The translations under genes and the position numbers were made by a program. From contig JAUNMV010000003.1 of NCBI GenBank assembly GCA_030531695.1, positions 1 to 60,033 on the forward strand: a stretch of 60,033 nucleotides of DNA. The letters are read 5' to 3'. Each line of letters starts with the position of its first letter. Position 1 is the first letter of the stretch. The DNA is from Bacilli bacterium (GTDB taxonomy: Bacteria > Bacillota_I > Bacilli_A > RF39 > UBA660). The notes under the pieces are model-generated. The model did no database searches. It worked only from the letters and a program-made list of their open reading frames with translations, and was not told the origin of the DNA. Shown one piece after another: positions 38,849 through 48,716 of the stretch.

Positions 38849-39148
38849 AATTTTAATTAATAATTTATTACAACCTTCATCTATTTCATTATATACTTTG
38901 TCGAAGTTTCTGGTATACCATGAGAGCTACTATACTTATATATCTACAAAATATTATTTTTTATCTTACTTATTATCTTATTACAACCTTCATCTATTTC
39001 TTTATATACTTTGTCGAAGTTTCTAGTATACCATGAGAGCTACTATACTTATATATCTACAAAATATTATTTTTTATCTTACTTATTATCTTATTACAAC
39101 CTTCATCTATTTCTTTATATACTTTGTCGAAGTTTCTAGTATACCATG
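38836..39148. repeat. Tandem triplication (113-bp period) of the 3' end of the LMW-PTP gene plus a 20-bp junction
   Basis: CAACCTTCATCTATTTC recurs at 38871, 38984 and 39097. Copies 2 and 3 appear identical over 92 bp. Copy 1 diverges at its distal end and runs into the terminator. Junction GAGCTACTATACTTATATAT occurs twice. Confidence 0.85.
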
Positions 39149-39494
39149 GGTCTTCTATATCATAATCAGTTAATTTAAAAATACTTATATTATTACCTAA
39201 TATATTTTTAGATGCTGATACATGATAATCTTCCATACAGATGAAATAATCAAATTTATTTATATCATCTTTTTCTATTCTTTTGGCAGTATGATTACCT
39301 ACTTCTATATTGTTTTTTAATAATACTTTTTTAGCTTCTGGATATATAGGATTACCTTGTTCTTCATAAGATATGGCACGTGATTCTACTATAATATCTT
39401 TTATATTATTATCTTTTAATTTTTGTTTTAAGATATATTCTGCCATTGGTGATCTACATATATTACCTAAACAGATAAAACATATTCTAGTCAT
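39057..39494 (-). CDS. Low-molecular-weight protein tyrosine phosphatase
   Basis: CLGNICRSPMAE (CX5R-S P-loop) at the N-terminus and a DP motif near the C-terminus. 8-nt overlap with addA. Confidence 0.85.
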   Translation of the reverse strand: MTRICFICLGNICRSPMAEYILKQKLKDNNIKDIIVESRAISYEEQGNPIYPEAKKVLLKNNIEVGNHTAKRIEKDDINKFDYFICMEDYHVSASKNILGNNISIFKLTDYDIEDPWYTRNFDKVYKEIDEGCNKIISKIKNNIL

Positions 39495-42400
39495 TTACCC
39501 TCCTATATTTTTCATCTATTATTGAGTATAGGTAGCATTCTACTTCTTTTTTAGTTTTCTCCATAATATATTTTCTATATCCATTAAGTTGTTTATCATA
39601 GTTAGGGTCATCTATATTTTTTAGTTTATAATCTACTATTATACATTTATCTTCTCTTTCTATTAATAAATCTATAATACCGTGTGAATATACATTATCT
39701 TCTAAGTATGTAAATTCATATTCTTTATATAGATTAGATGTTTTATTATTAAGCATTAATTCTGTATTTAAGAAGGCATTAATTTTATCTTCCATTCTTT
39801 TAGATAGATTGTATATTGATAGATTTGGATTATTAAAATCTAGAGTTTCTAATACTTCATGTACTTTAGTACCAAAGTCTAAAAGATCTTGTTCTTCCTT
39901 AGTTACTATATGTAGAGATTCTTTTGAGAAGTGTTTTTCTTCTACTAAGTTATTATCTATTGATATTTCTTTTACTTCTAAGTTTGATGAAGATTTTTCT
40001 AGTTCTTTTGTAGAAGATGTATTATTTTGATAATCTTTTGTTGCTTCTACATTTACTTCTTCTTTATAATCTATGATATTTGAATATATAGATTTAATTA
40101 TATCTAAAAATTTAGTATATTTAGCTCTTTCAAAAGAAGGAACTATATCATCTATAAATGGTACTTCATCTTCTATTGTAGGTGATAAGAATATCATTTT
40201 TTCTTTAGCTCTTGTTACTGCGACATATAATAATCTTATACGTTCTGATATTTCTTCTTTTTTTGTATTTACTTTTAATAATGTTTTTAGAATAGTATCT
40301 TTATAATACTTATCTACTTTAGGTAATATTAGACCATATTTATTATCATAGATTATCTTTTCTTTTAATTCATTAGTATTAAATTTATCTTGGAATCCTG
40401 CAAAATAACAGATTGGGAATTCTAATCCTTTAGATTTATGAATAGTCATTATCTTACAACTATTTGATACATTACTATTAACATTAAATTTTAAATCATA
40501 TTCATTATCAAATATATTGTCTAAGTAATCTACAAAATCATAGATAGTTTTACCTGTTTCTTCATATGATTTAGTTAAGTTATAGAAGTATTCTATTCTT
40601 ACTCTGAAGGCTTTAACGTTTCCTATACTTAATAGTTTTTCTTCATAGTTAAATTCATCTAAGACATAGTTTACGAATTCAGATGTAGACATTATATCCA
40701 TATTCTTTACTAATTCACTACATTTAATAAATAGTTCTGAATTATAGAAATTATTATTTACAAAGTAATCAAATATTTCTTCATCACTTATCTTATATAG
40801 GTAACTACGTGATACTGAAGTAAAACTATATTTAAAGTCTGTTTCATAATCTTTATTCTTTATACATATTAGTAATTTAAATAGATTTCTTAATACTAAG
40901 ACATCTTGATCTTTACGAAGAGATTCTTCTTTTAATATATTTAGAGGTATTCCTAAATACTCAAATATCTTTTTATATAAATCAAAGTTTTTACTTCTAT
41001 CTAGTAATATTACAAAGTCAGAGTATTCTATATCTCTTAATATTCCTTCATCTTTATCAAATACTTGATATTTATTATTTACTTTATTTAGAATATCTTT
41101 ACCAATAATAAATGCTTCTTGTTCATCACGAGTTATATTACTTTTTTTATCTAAATCATATGTTAATAGTTCAAAGTTATAATTTTGATTAGTTGAACCT
41201 TTTTCTTCATATGCTGTATTTCCAAATACCATTCTATGAGATGCTTTATAGTCTGCTCCTCCTATATCATCATCCATAAATAGATCGAATAATAGATTTA
41301 TATTATCAAGTACTTCTCTTCTAGATCTAAAGTTCTTTAATAAATCTATCTTCATACCGGCATCTGTATCTCTATATGAATCATATTTATTTTTAAATAT
41401 ATATGGATTAGCATTTCTAAATCTATAGATAGATTGTTTTATATCTCCTACCATATAGACATTATTATGAGCAATTAGATTAATAAATGTTTCTTGAGTA
41501 TCTGATGTATCTTGATACTCATCTACTAATATTTCATTAAAACTATTAGATAATTCTTCTCTAATATCATCATTTTCTTTAACTACTTTGATTGCAAGTC
41601 TGGCGATATCATTAAAGTTAAATTGTTCTGTTTCAAACTTATATGCTTCTAATCTCTTATCTAATTCTTTTATAATCTCTATTATTACTTTAGAGTTATT
41701 AATAGTAGATAGAACTTCTTCTTTCATTTCATCTATACTTGTATATGTTGCGTAAGACTTTATTTCTTTAATTAGATCAGAGATTACTCCTTTTATTCTT
41801 TTACCTTCTTCTGGAGAATTTTTAGGTACCATAGGTAGTTTTATATCTAAAGAGGTAATTACGTCGTTATAATTTTTTGCATTAATTAATTTATTAATAG
41901 AATCTTCAACTTTAGATATATAATCTCCATCGAAATAATCATTTAAATCTATTAATTGTTTCTTTATTATCTCTATTCTTTCAAATATTAAGTTTAAATA
42001 TTCTTCTATATAACTATCTATTTTATTATTAGTTAATTCTATATTAAAGAAGTTATTTAAATATTCTGTTTTATCATATTTTAATTCTATTTTCTTATAT
42101 ACATTATCAATATATCCTAATAATTCTTTATCATCTTTTAAACAAAAGTCTTCTATTAACTGAGTAAATTCTTTAGTTGGATTTTCATAGTACTCATTCA
42201 TTATACTTTCTAGTATTTCTTTTTTCTTTAGAGATATTATTACTTCATCTGTTATACCTATATTATTAGTTATATTTAATCTTGTATGATATTTTTTTAC
42301 TATAGATAAAGAGAATGAATCGAATGTAGTTATATAAGCTCCATCTATTAAGTTAGCTTCTTCTTTTAGAGATTCTTCTTTTTTTATTTTCTTTCTTATA

Positions 42401-42603
42401 CGTTCTTTCATCTCTGCAGCTGCTGCATTAGTAAATGTAAGTACTAATAGTTCATTAATGTGTACTCCTTGCATTAGTTTTCTTAGTACTCTTTCACTTA
42501 ATACTGCAGTTTTACCTGAACCTGCTCCTGCAGATACAATTATATTTTTACCATCTTCATTTATGGCAAGTAATTGTTCTGGAGACCAATGCATTTTACC
42601 CAT
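39487..42603 (-). CDS. addA: ATP-dependent helicase/nuclease subunit A (AddA), compact form (1038 aa)
   Basis: UvrD-type motifs GAGSGKTAVLSERV, LVDEYQDTS and TIHKSKGLEF. C-terminal PD-(D/E)XK nuclease motif GIIDLLIE...IVDYKL. Confidence 0.85.
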   Translation of the reverse strand: MGKMHWSPEQLLAINEDGKNIIVSAGAGSGKTAVLSERVLRKLMQGVHINELLVLTFTNAAAAEMKERIRKKIKKEESLKEEANLIDGAYITTFDSFSLSIVKKYHTRLNITNNIGITDEVIISLKKKEILESIMNEYYENPTKEFTQLIEDFCLKDDKELLGYIDNVYKKIELKYDKTEYLNNFFNIELTNNKIDSYIEEYLNLIFERIEIIKKQLIDLNDYFDGDYISKVEDSINKLINAKNYNDVITSLDIKLPMVPKNSPEEGKRIKGVISDLIKEIKSYATYTSIDEMKEEVLSTINNSKVIIEIIKELDKRLEAYKFETEQFNFNDIARLAIKVVKENDDIREELSNSFNEILVDEYQDTSDTQETFINLIAHNNVYMVGDIKQSIYRFRNANPYIFKNKYDSYRDTDAGMKIDLLKNFRSRREVLDNINLLFDLFMDDDIGGADYKASHRMVFGNTAYEEKGSTNQNYNFELLTYDLDKKSNITRDEQEAFIIGKDILNKVNNKYQVFDKDEGILRDIEYSDFVILLDRSKNFDLYKKIFEYLGIPLNILKEESLRKDQDVLVLRNLFKLLICIKNKDYETDFKYSFTSVSRSYLYKISDEEIFDYFVNNNFYNSELFIKCSELVKNMDIMSTSEFVNYVLDEFNYEEKLLSIGNVKAFRVRIEYFYNLTKSYEETGKTIYDFVDYLDNIFDNEYDLKFNVNSNVSNSCKIMTIHKSKGLEFPICYFAGFQDKFNTNELKEKIIYDNKYGLILPKVDKYYKDTILKTLLKVNTKKEEISERIRLLYVAVTRAKEKMIFLSPTIEDEVPFIDDIVPSFERAKYTKFLDIIKSIYSNIIDYKEEVNVEATKDYQNNTSSTKELEKSSSNLEVKEISIDNNLVEEKHFSKESLHIVTKEEQDLLDFGTKVHEVLETLDFNNPNLSIYNLSKRMEDKINAFLNTELMLNNKTSNLYKEYEFTYLEDNVYSHGIIDLLIEREDKCIIVDYKLKNIDDPNYDKQLNGYRKYIMEKTKKEVECYLYSIIDEKYRRVND

Positions 42604-44918
42604 TATTCTTCACCCCCTAAGAATGATAAGTCTTCTACTTTAGATAAGTATCTTAAGTCTTTCTCTTTCATAAAGCAGATATCCTTAAAACTACAGAATT
42701 CACATGATTCATTCTTACCATTATATACTACCGGATTAATATTAAATTTAGCATCTAATATCTTATCAGTAGTTTTATCTATATAATTCTTTGTATACTC
42801 TACCATTCCATTTAAGATATCTTCATTAATTATTTTAGTATATGGACCAAATCCTTTTTCATCACTATACTTCATACTCTTTATATATTCACTATTTTCA
42901 TATGTTGAATCAAATCTTTCTATTACTGATACATCTTCTGTAGAATATCCTTGTAGCTTTAATCTATCTTTAGTTTGTTTTAGATAATCTTCCATATTAG
43001 TACATGTAGGATAATTAAATAAGATATTTTGATAATAGATACCTGTGAATACTGGTTTAGTAAAGATATTAGAATATTTAATTAGATATAAATACACGGG
43101 TAATTGCATATGTAGACCATATTTCATAGATTCTATATTTGTATCTATATATCCTGTTTTATAATCTATTACTGAGTAATATATTTCATTCATCTTTTCT
43201 AAATACATTATCTTATCTACAAAACCTTTAAATACTACACTTATCTTTTTATTATCTAATGGTACTTCTAATTTCTTTTCTAAGTATTCATTATCATAAC
43301 CAGTAAGTAGTTGTTGTTTCTTTAAAGATTCTATTAACTCTTTTAAATCTTTCTTTATTTTTACAAGTAATAATCTTTCTTTAAATGATATTTCTCTATT
43401 TTCTAAGTATTTATTAAATTCTTGTTCATAATCAAAGTTTGTTCTTTTATAAATAGATAATATTCTATGATATAGACTACCTAAGAAAGCTGGGAATTTT
43501 TCTTCATAGTCTTCTAATCTTAAAACATTTTGGACATAATATTTAAATCCACATTCAGAATAATTATCCATTGATGAATAAGATATATTTAGTGGTTGTT
43601 TAATACTATTTAGATATATATTATTCTTTATACCAGTAAACTTATTAGAATATGAATTATATCCTATATCATAATGATTATTTAATACTTTTAGAGTATC
43701 ATCTACTGATGAATACTTATAATAATCATCTAATTTTTCTCCTAAACGTAGTTTATTATATAGATTAGAATATTCTAATGTATCTATTTCTTGTTTTATA
43801 ACATTTAAATTATAGTCAGATATTAAACTAGATGGATAGAAACTACTAAAAGGACTTTTTAATTTATATGATATATATAAATTCTTTATATTAGATAAGA
43901 TATATACTAGAGATAATTTATTTCTTTTATTTAATTCATTAGTAGTATATAGATTTATTTCTTCTTTTTCTTTATCAGTTATAAATTCTATATCTTTAAT
44001 ACCTTTAGGTAATATATCTTGATTAAATCCTAAGACAAAGACATATTCATCATCTTTAAATGTACATTTAGTTATATCTTTTACTCTTACTGCGTTAGCT
44101 AATATATCTGATGGTATAGTTGTGTTTTTTAATTTATTTATAAGTATCTTTTTATATGATGGAGAATCTACATTTAATCTAGATAAACTACTTAAGACAT
44201 TAACTAATTTTCTAGTAATTTTTATATTATCTGTATTTTCTAAATCTAATTCGTTAGTATTTAAATAATCTTGTACTACTTTAGTTGAATATATAGAATA
44301 ATTCATATCTAGATTTATTGGGATATTATAATATTTAAATAATCTATCTATTGTATATAAGTAATCATTAGATATATTAGATAGATATATTTTATTTATA
44401 TCTATACCATTATTTAATAATTCTATTACTTTTAAGCAGACATTATTTACTTCATCCTCTAATGTTTCACATTCTACTACATCTATATTTAAATCTACTT
44501 TAGGTATATCTACTTTATAATTAAGAGCTTCTTCTTCATATTTGTCTAAATCATAATAATTTAATACTTTAATATTTTTATCTTTTATATATTCTTTAAA
44601 AGCATTATTTTCTACTAATAGATTATTTTCTAGTAGTTCTTTTTTTATTTCTTTTAGGAAGTTTAATTTTTTTACTTTGTAGTCTTTATCTATATCTATA
44701 ACATATAAGTATTTTAAATATACTTTACATACATCTAAATTATAATTATATTTATCCATTAGATATTGTATTGCGGTTTCATCATAAGAAAAATAATAAT
44801 TATTTATAAATTCTTTTTTATTCATAAATTTAATATTATGTAAATTATCTATTTTTGAATAGCCATCTAGGATATTCATTTTCTCATCATTAGGACAAAT
44901 TATTACTTGATTATTCAT
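42603..44918 (-). CDS. addB: Helicase-nuclease subunit B (AddB/RexB-like), compact form with no recognisable N-terminal Walker A
   Basis: Adjacent to and overlapping addA. Nuclease motif VIDYKTG. Cys cluster C...CEFCSFKDIC (the AddB Fe-S staple). Start set at MNNQVIICP after AAAGGTGA. Confidence 0.7.
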   Translation of the reverse strand: MNNQVIICPNDEKMNILDGYSKIDNLHNIKFMNKKEFINNYYFSYDETAIQYLMDKYNYNLDVCKVYLKYLYVIDIDKDYKVKKLNFLKEIKKELLENNLLVENNAFKEYIKDKNIKVLNYYDLDKYEEEALNYKVDIPKVDLNIDVVECETLEDEVNNVCLKVIELLNNGIDINKIYLSNISNDYLYTIDRLFKYYNIPINLDMNYSIYSTKVVQDYLNTNELDLENTDNIKITRKLVNVLSSLSRLNVDSPSYKKILINKLKNTTIPSDILANAVRVKDITKCTFKDDEYVFVLGFNQDILPKGIKDIEFITDKEKEEINLYTTNELNKRNKLSLVYILSNIKNLYISYKLKSPFSSFYPSSLISDYNLNVIKQEIDTLEYSNLYNKLRLGEKLDDYYKYSSVDDTLKVLNNHYDIGYNSYSNKFTGIKNNIYLNSIKQPLNISYSSMDNYSECGFKYYVQNVLRLEDYEEKFPAFLGSLYHRILSIYKRTNFDYEQEFNKYLENREISFKERLLLVKIKKDLKELIESLKKQQLLTGYDNEYLEKKLEVPLDNKKISVVFKGFVDKIMYLEKMNEIYYSVIDYKTGYIDTNIESMKYGLHMQLPVYLYLIKYSNIFTKPVFTGIYYQNILFNYPTCTNMEDYLKQTKDRLKLQGYSTEDVSVIERFDSTYENSEYIKSMKYSDEKGFGPYTKIINEDILNGMVEYTKNYIDKTTDKILDAKFNINPVVYNGKNESCEFCSFKDICFMKEKDLRYLSKVEDLSFLGGEE

Positions 44919-44949
44919 ATATATCACCTTTAGTTATTATATCATAACA

Positions 44950-44980
44950 AAGAAAAAGTTCATATTTCTATGAACTTTTT
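44950..44980 (-). terminator. Rho-independent terminator after the giant pilin gene
   Basis: AAAAGTTCATA-TTTC-TATGAACTTTT, followed on the minus strand by TCTTTGTT. Confidence 0.6.
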
Positions 44981-47901
44981 TAATCTGGACAATTTCCTGG
45001 GTTTTTATACCAACTTGATTGGATACCCCACCATGTGACACTATGATCTTTTTGACCACTACAGTTACCGGCATTATCACAGGCATAATATCTTACTGTA
45101 CCTCCATGACCATCTGTTGGGTCACATCCAAATGAGATTGACCAACCTGTTGTCCATGCCCAGTCTTTATATTCACGTCTACCACAACCTGCTGGAGCTG
45201 ATGAATAATACCAATAATTCAAATTCATATCTCCACTTACTCCACTTGTGTCATCTGTTGCATAAGTAATTATACCAGCCCAGAATTTTTTACTTCCATT
45301 TGATGACATGTATCCTAAATCCATTGCTTCATATAAATCCCATCTACATCTAGAAGTATTAGCATAATATCCTCTAGCCCATGTATTAGGAGCTGTTTTA
45401 TCTACTTTAAGTTTTAGATATAAGCTATCACTTACATTTCCGGCATTATCTATTGTTCTGAAGTATGTATAGTTCTTTCCATCACCTTCGTATGTCCATG
45501 AAGCTACGTTACCTTCATAATTCCAATTGACATTATCTGAACTCCATTCAGTATGATTTATTCCACTTCCACCTGTATCGTTAGGATATAATTCTCTTTT
45601 GATTCTCTTTGTAGACCATTCACCTGAATTGTATCCACCTACCCATTCGCCTCTACTATTTACTTTATAAATACTATAGCCAATTGTTGGTTTATCTTTA
45701 TCTACATATACATTAATATTACATGTTGTACTGTTTCCAGCGCCATCTTTTAATGTAATTGTATCTTTTTCTTTAGATGTATTATATGTATGATCATATG
45801 CAGGACATCCTGATTCTCCACCATCTGTACATGCGACTGTTATACGTCTATTATCTTTTGTCCATGTAGTTGATTCTCCTGATGTTGCACCACAAGATGG
45901 TTTAGATTTATCTATGTATACATTTACTGGACAGTTTGTAGTCCATCCTACTTTATCTTCTATTGTGACATTAGTTGTTTTCATATCAGAACTAAATGTT
46001 TTTGGAATAGAATTATTTTTACATCCTGATTCATCATCTTTACAATTAATAGTTATATTTCTATTTTGATTTGTCCATGTAGTTGATTCACCTGTATTAC
46101 CATTACATTTAGGTGGTGTTTTATCTACATAAGCATTAACAGTACATGTTTGTGTATTACCTGCGTTATCTTTTATTTCAATTGAACCTACTTTAGTAGA
46201 TGTATTAAAGTTCTTAGAATATTTAGCTTGAACACATTGACTATGACTATCACTACATGCGACAGAGATATTTCTATCTGATGCAGTCCAGTTAGTTGAT
46301 TGATTTTCAATAGCACCACAAGATGGTTTAGTTTTATCTACATAAGTATTTACTGTTTTAGTTAATTTATTACCAGCATTATCTTCTACTGAATAATCCT
46401 TTGTTTTTAATGTAGATGAGATTGTATCACTAAATGGTGATGTCTTACATCCACTTACAGCATCTGTACAACCAATATTAATGATTCTATTAGTATTTAT
46501 CCATGTAGTTGAATCTCCAGATACTGGCATATTTGGTAATGCTCTATCTAGAGGAGCTGTTACTTTAATTGTAGATTGATGGTTAAATTGATCGGTAATC
46601 ACTATTTCTCCATATCTATATCCATCATATTCAATCTTTTCTTTTGATTTACCTGAAGCATTATGTGGACTTAATATTTGTGAAGTTTGAGTAATTGTAT
46701 TTATATTTGGATTAGTTTTTTGTAATCCTATAGCATTCCATTTCCACTCAATCTTAGATACTTCACTTATATCAGAATAATCTAATTCTAAATATACTCC
46801 ATTTGGCCATTTAGCCTTATTCATCCATCCATTTACTGTATCTCCATTTATTGTAAGACTCTTATTTGGAGATGTCTTAGTATTTGATATTTGATTCATT
46901 ACTGAACCAGTTGGAGCTATTTCTCCAGCTTTCTTCTTATAAGCTTTTAATGTTACTACTGGAGGATAGTTATCTATATATACATTAACATTACAGTTTG
47001 TAGAGTTTCCTGCTTTATCTTCAATCTTAATCTTACCTACTTTTACATCACCTTTAAATTCATAAGTATAATTTTCTCTAGTACATCCTGTACCTGTTCC
47101 ATCTGAACAAGCTACTGTTACTGTTCTAGTACCTGTCTTCCATGTAGTTGAATCACCTGTGATTGCCCCACAAGTTGGTGCTTCTGTATCTGTATATACT
47201 TTTGTAAATGATTTAGTTTTTGTTAAACCATGAACATTTGTTGCTGTTACTGTTATTTTAATCTTACCAGGAACATATTCTTTTAAAGATACTGTTTTAT
47301 TTATTTCATATGTCTTTTTAACATTGAAGACATCTGAGGAGTAAATTAATTTACCCTCTTTATACATTGAATATTGATAAGATACAATTCCTTTTTGAAT
47401 TCTGTCATCTCCACCATTACTATCTGTTATAGTTATTGTAGCTTTGGAATTATTAACGACATTTGTATCTGTATTAAATGCAGTAGATATATTTATGGAA
47501 CTAGTTAATGCATTCATATCTGTAGTATAGTTTGGACATTTTAAGTATGCAGTATAGTATATTTCATTTTCATACTTGAAAGCTTTTACATAACTTTCTG
47601 CCCCACTACATGTTTCTTTTTTATAGTCTACTACTTTATCAATGTATTTATTTGATAATAGGGTCTCTAGTTTTATTGTTTTAGTTTGACCACTTACTTT
47701 TGGTTGTTGTTTCTGATTATTCTTTAAGAAACTTTGAGCAGCCATTACCATACTCTCTTCTTGAGACTTATAATATCTTTCTTTGGCTTTAGCAATTATT
47801 CCTTGTACTGCAGTTACTGAAATAATAGATAATATACCTAATATTACTATTACTGCTAATAACTCAACCATAGTGAATGCTTTTTTATTAATTTTCTTCA
47901 T
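44980..47901 (-). CDS. Giant modular type IV pilin-like protein with five Cys-rich HYR-like repeats
   Basis: MKKINKKA|FTMVELLAVIVILGILSIISVTA (Ala at -1, Phe at +1, Glu at +5). Five modules of about 72 aa with the pattern P.CG....ST.W....R.I.V.C.D..SGC...........I.D.AGN...C.VNVY.DK..P. Start set at ATG 47901 after AAGGATGTGA. Confidence 0.75.
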   Translation of the reverse strand: MKKINKKAFTMVELLAVIVILGILSIISVTAVQGIIAKAKERYYKSQEESMVMAAQSFLKNNQKQQPKVSGQTKTIKLETLLSNKYIDKVVDYKKETCSGAESYVKAFKYENEIYYTAYLKCPNYTTDMNALTSSINISTAFNTDTNVVNNSKATITITDSNGGDDRIQKGIVSYQYSMYKEGKLIYSSDVFNVKKTYEINKTVSLKEYVPGKIKITVTATNVHGLTKTKSFTKVYTDTEAPTCGAITGDSTTWKTGTRTVTVACSDGTGTGCTRENYTYEFKGDVKVGKIKIEDKAGNSTNCNVNVYIDNYPPVVTLKAYKKKAGEIAPTGSVMNQISNTKTSPNKSLTINGDTVNGWMNKAKWPNGVYLELDYSDISEVSKIEWKWNAIGLQKTNPNINTITQTSQILSPHNASGKSKEKIEYDGYRYGEIVITDQFNHQSTIKVTAPLDRALPNMPVSGDSTTWINTNRIINIGCTDAVSGCKTSPFSDTISSTLKTKDYSVEDNAGNKLTKTVNTYVDKTKPSCGAIENQSTNWTASDRNISVACSDSHSQCVQAKYSKNFNTSTKVGSIEIKDNAGNTQTCTVNAYVDKTPPKCNGNTGESTTWTNQNRNITINCKDDESGCKNNSIPKTFSSDMKTTNVTIEDKVGWTTNCPVNVYIDKSKPSCGATSGESTTWTKDNRRITVACTDGGESGCPAYDHTYNTSKEKDTITLKDGAGNSTTCNINVYVDKDKPTIGYSIYKVNSRGEWVGGYNSGEWSTKRIKRELYPNDTGGSGINHTEWSSDNVNWNYEGNVASWTYEGDGKNYTYFRTIDNAGNVSDSLYLKLKVDKTAPNTWARGYYANTSRCRWDLYEAMDLGYMSSNGSKKFWAGIITYATDDTSGVSGDMNLNYWYYSSAPAGCGRREYKDWAWTTGWSISFGCDPTDGHGGTVRYYACDNAGNCSGQKDHSVTWWGIQSSWYKNPGNCPD

Positions 47902-47921
47902 TTTAATCACATCCTTACTAA

Positions 47922-48713
47922 TCATAAATCAAGTGATTTTAAATTATTATTTTTTATTTCTTTATCTATGTATTCTTTTATTCTTTGTTCTCTTGTTTCT
48001 TCTAGTTCTACTACTTCTTTATTACTATAGTTAACACCTTGTAACATATTTAGATAACTAGCTATAGAAGAATCAGTCATGTCTTTATCTTCGTATACAT
48101 AGATATTTACTCCACTATAGTTATCTTTATTTTCATATATAGATAAGTAATTATTAAGTATTTTCATACCTATTACTTTAGCTTTATATTGATTAATTTC
48201 TTCATCTTCAACATTTAACTTTTCTATTAATTGTTTTTGTATTTCTTTTAAATCTAGCATGTATTCTAATTGGTAGTATCCTCTTACTACTCCTGTATAT
48301 ACTTTTGCACCATTATCTTTAAAAGTATTATCATTCATTATAAACTGAAAGTTTTCTTTAATCTTTTTTTCTACATTACTAGCATACTTATTTTGTTGTT
48401 TTACATAAGTATCTAGCTTATTATCTTTAATTGCTTGATCATTTGGTTTTTCTCTCATATAGCAATCTGGACCAGTCATCAAATAATTACCATCTATTTT
48501 ATCTACATTAATATATTTTGATAGTGATTCTTTACTAGAACCATTTATTACTAATTGATTAATTTTATTTAATTTCTTTTCTACTGCACTGCTTTTTGAT
48601 GATTTTACAATTATTAGTATTAGTGATGCTATTAATAAAATTGCTGCTGTTACTACTAATATAATAATTAATATTTTATTAATTTTATTTTTATTTTCTC
48701 TTTTCTTTTTCAT
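47922..48713 (-). CDS. Bitopic membrane protein, paralog 2 of a tandem pair upstream of the giant pilin
   Basis: N-terminal TM segment ILIIILVVTAAILLIASLILII. Shares LVINGSSKE..., MTGPDCYM, YQLEYM and YLNMLQGVNY with its neighbour. AAGGAG RBS. Confidence 0.55.
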   Translation of the reverse strand: MKKKRENKNKINKILIIILVVTAAILLIASLILIIVKSSKSSAVEKKLNKINQLVINGSSKESLSKYINVDKIDGNYLMTGPDCYMREKPNDQAIKDNKLDTYVKQQNKYASNVEKKIKENFQFIMNDNTFKDNGAKVYTGVVRGYYQLEYMLDLKEIQKQLIEKLNVEDEEINQYKAKVIGMKILNNYLSIYENKDNYSGVNIYVYEDKDMTDSSIASYLNMLQGVNYSNKEVVELEETREQRIKEYIDKEIKNNNLKSLDL

Positions 48714-48716
48714 AAA

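Noticed and set aside
38838-39026. Listed 62-aa plus-strand ORF across the 113-bp repeats
   Set aside because: It is the antisense reading of duplicated 3' ends of the phosphatase gene. Its repetitive translation is an artefact of the tandem repeat, and it has no RBS.
38836-39148. Possible CRISPR array (regularly spaced repeats)
   Set aside because: There are only three copies of a 113-bp unit with no unique spacers. The unit is a duplicated gene end, not a 25-40-bp repeat alternating with spacers. No cas genes are present.
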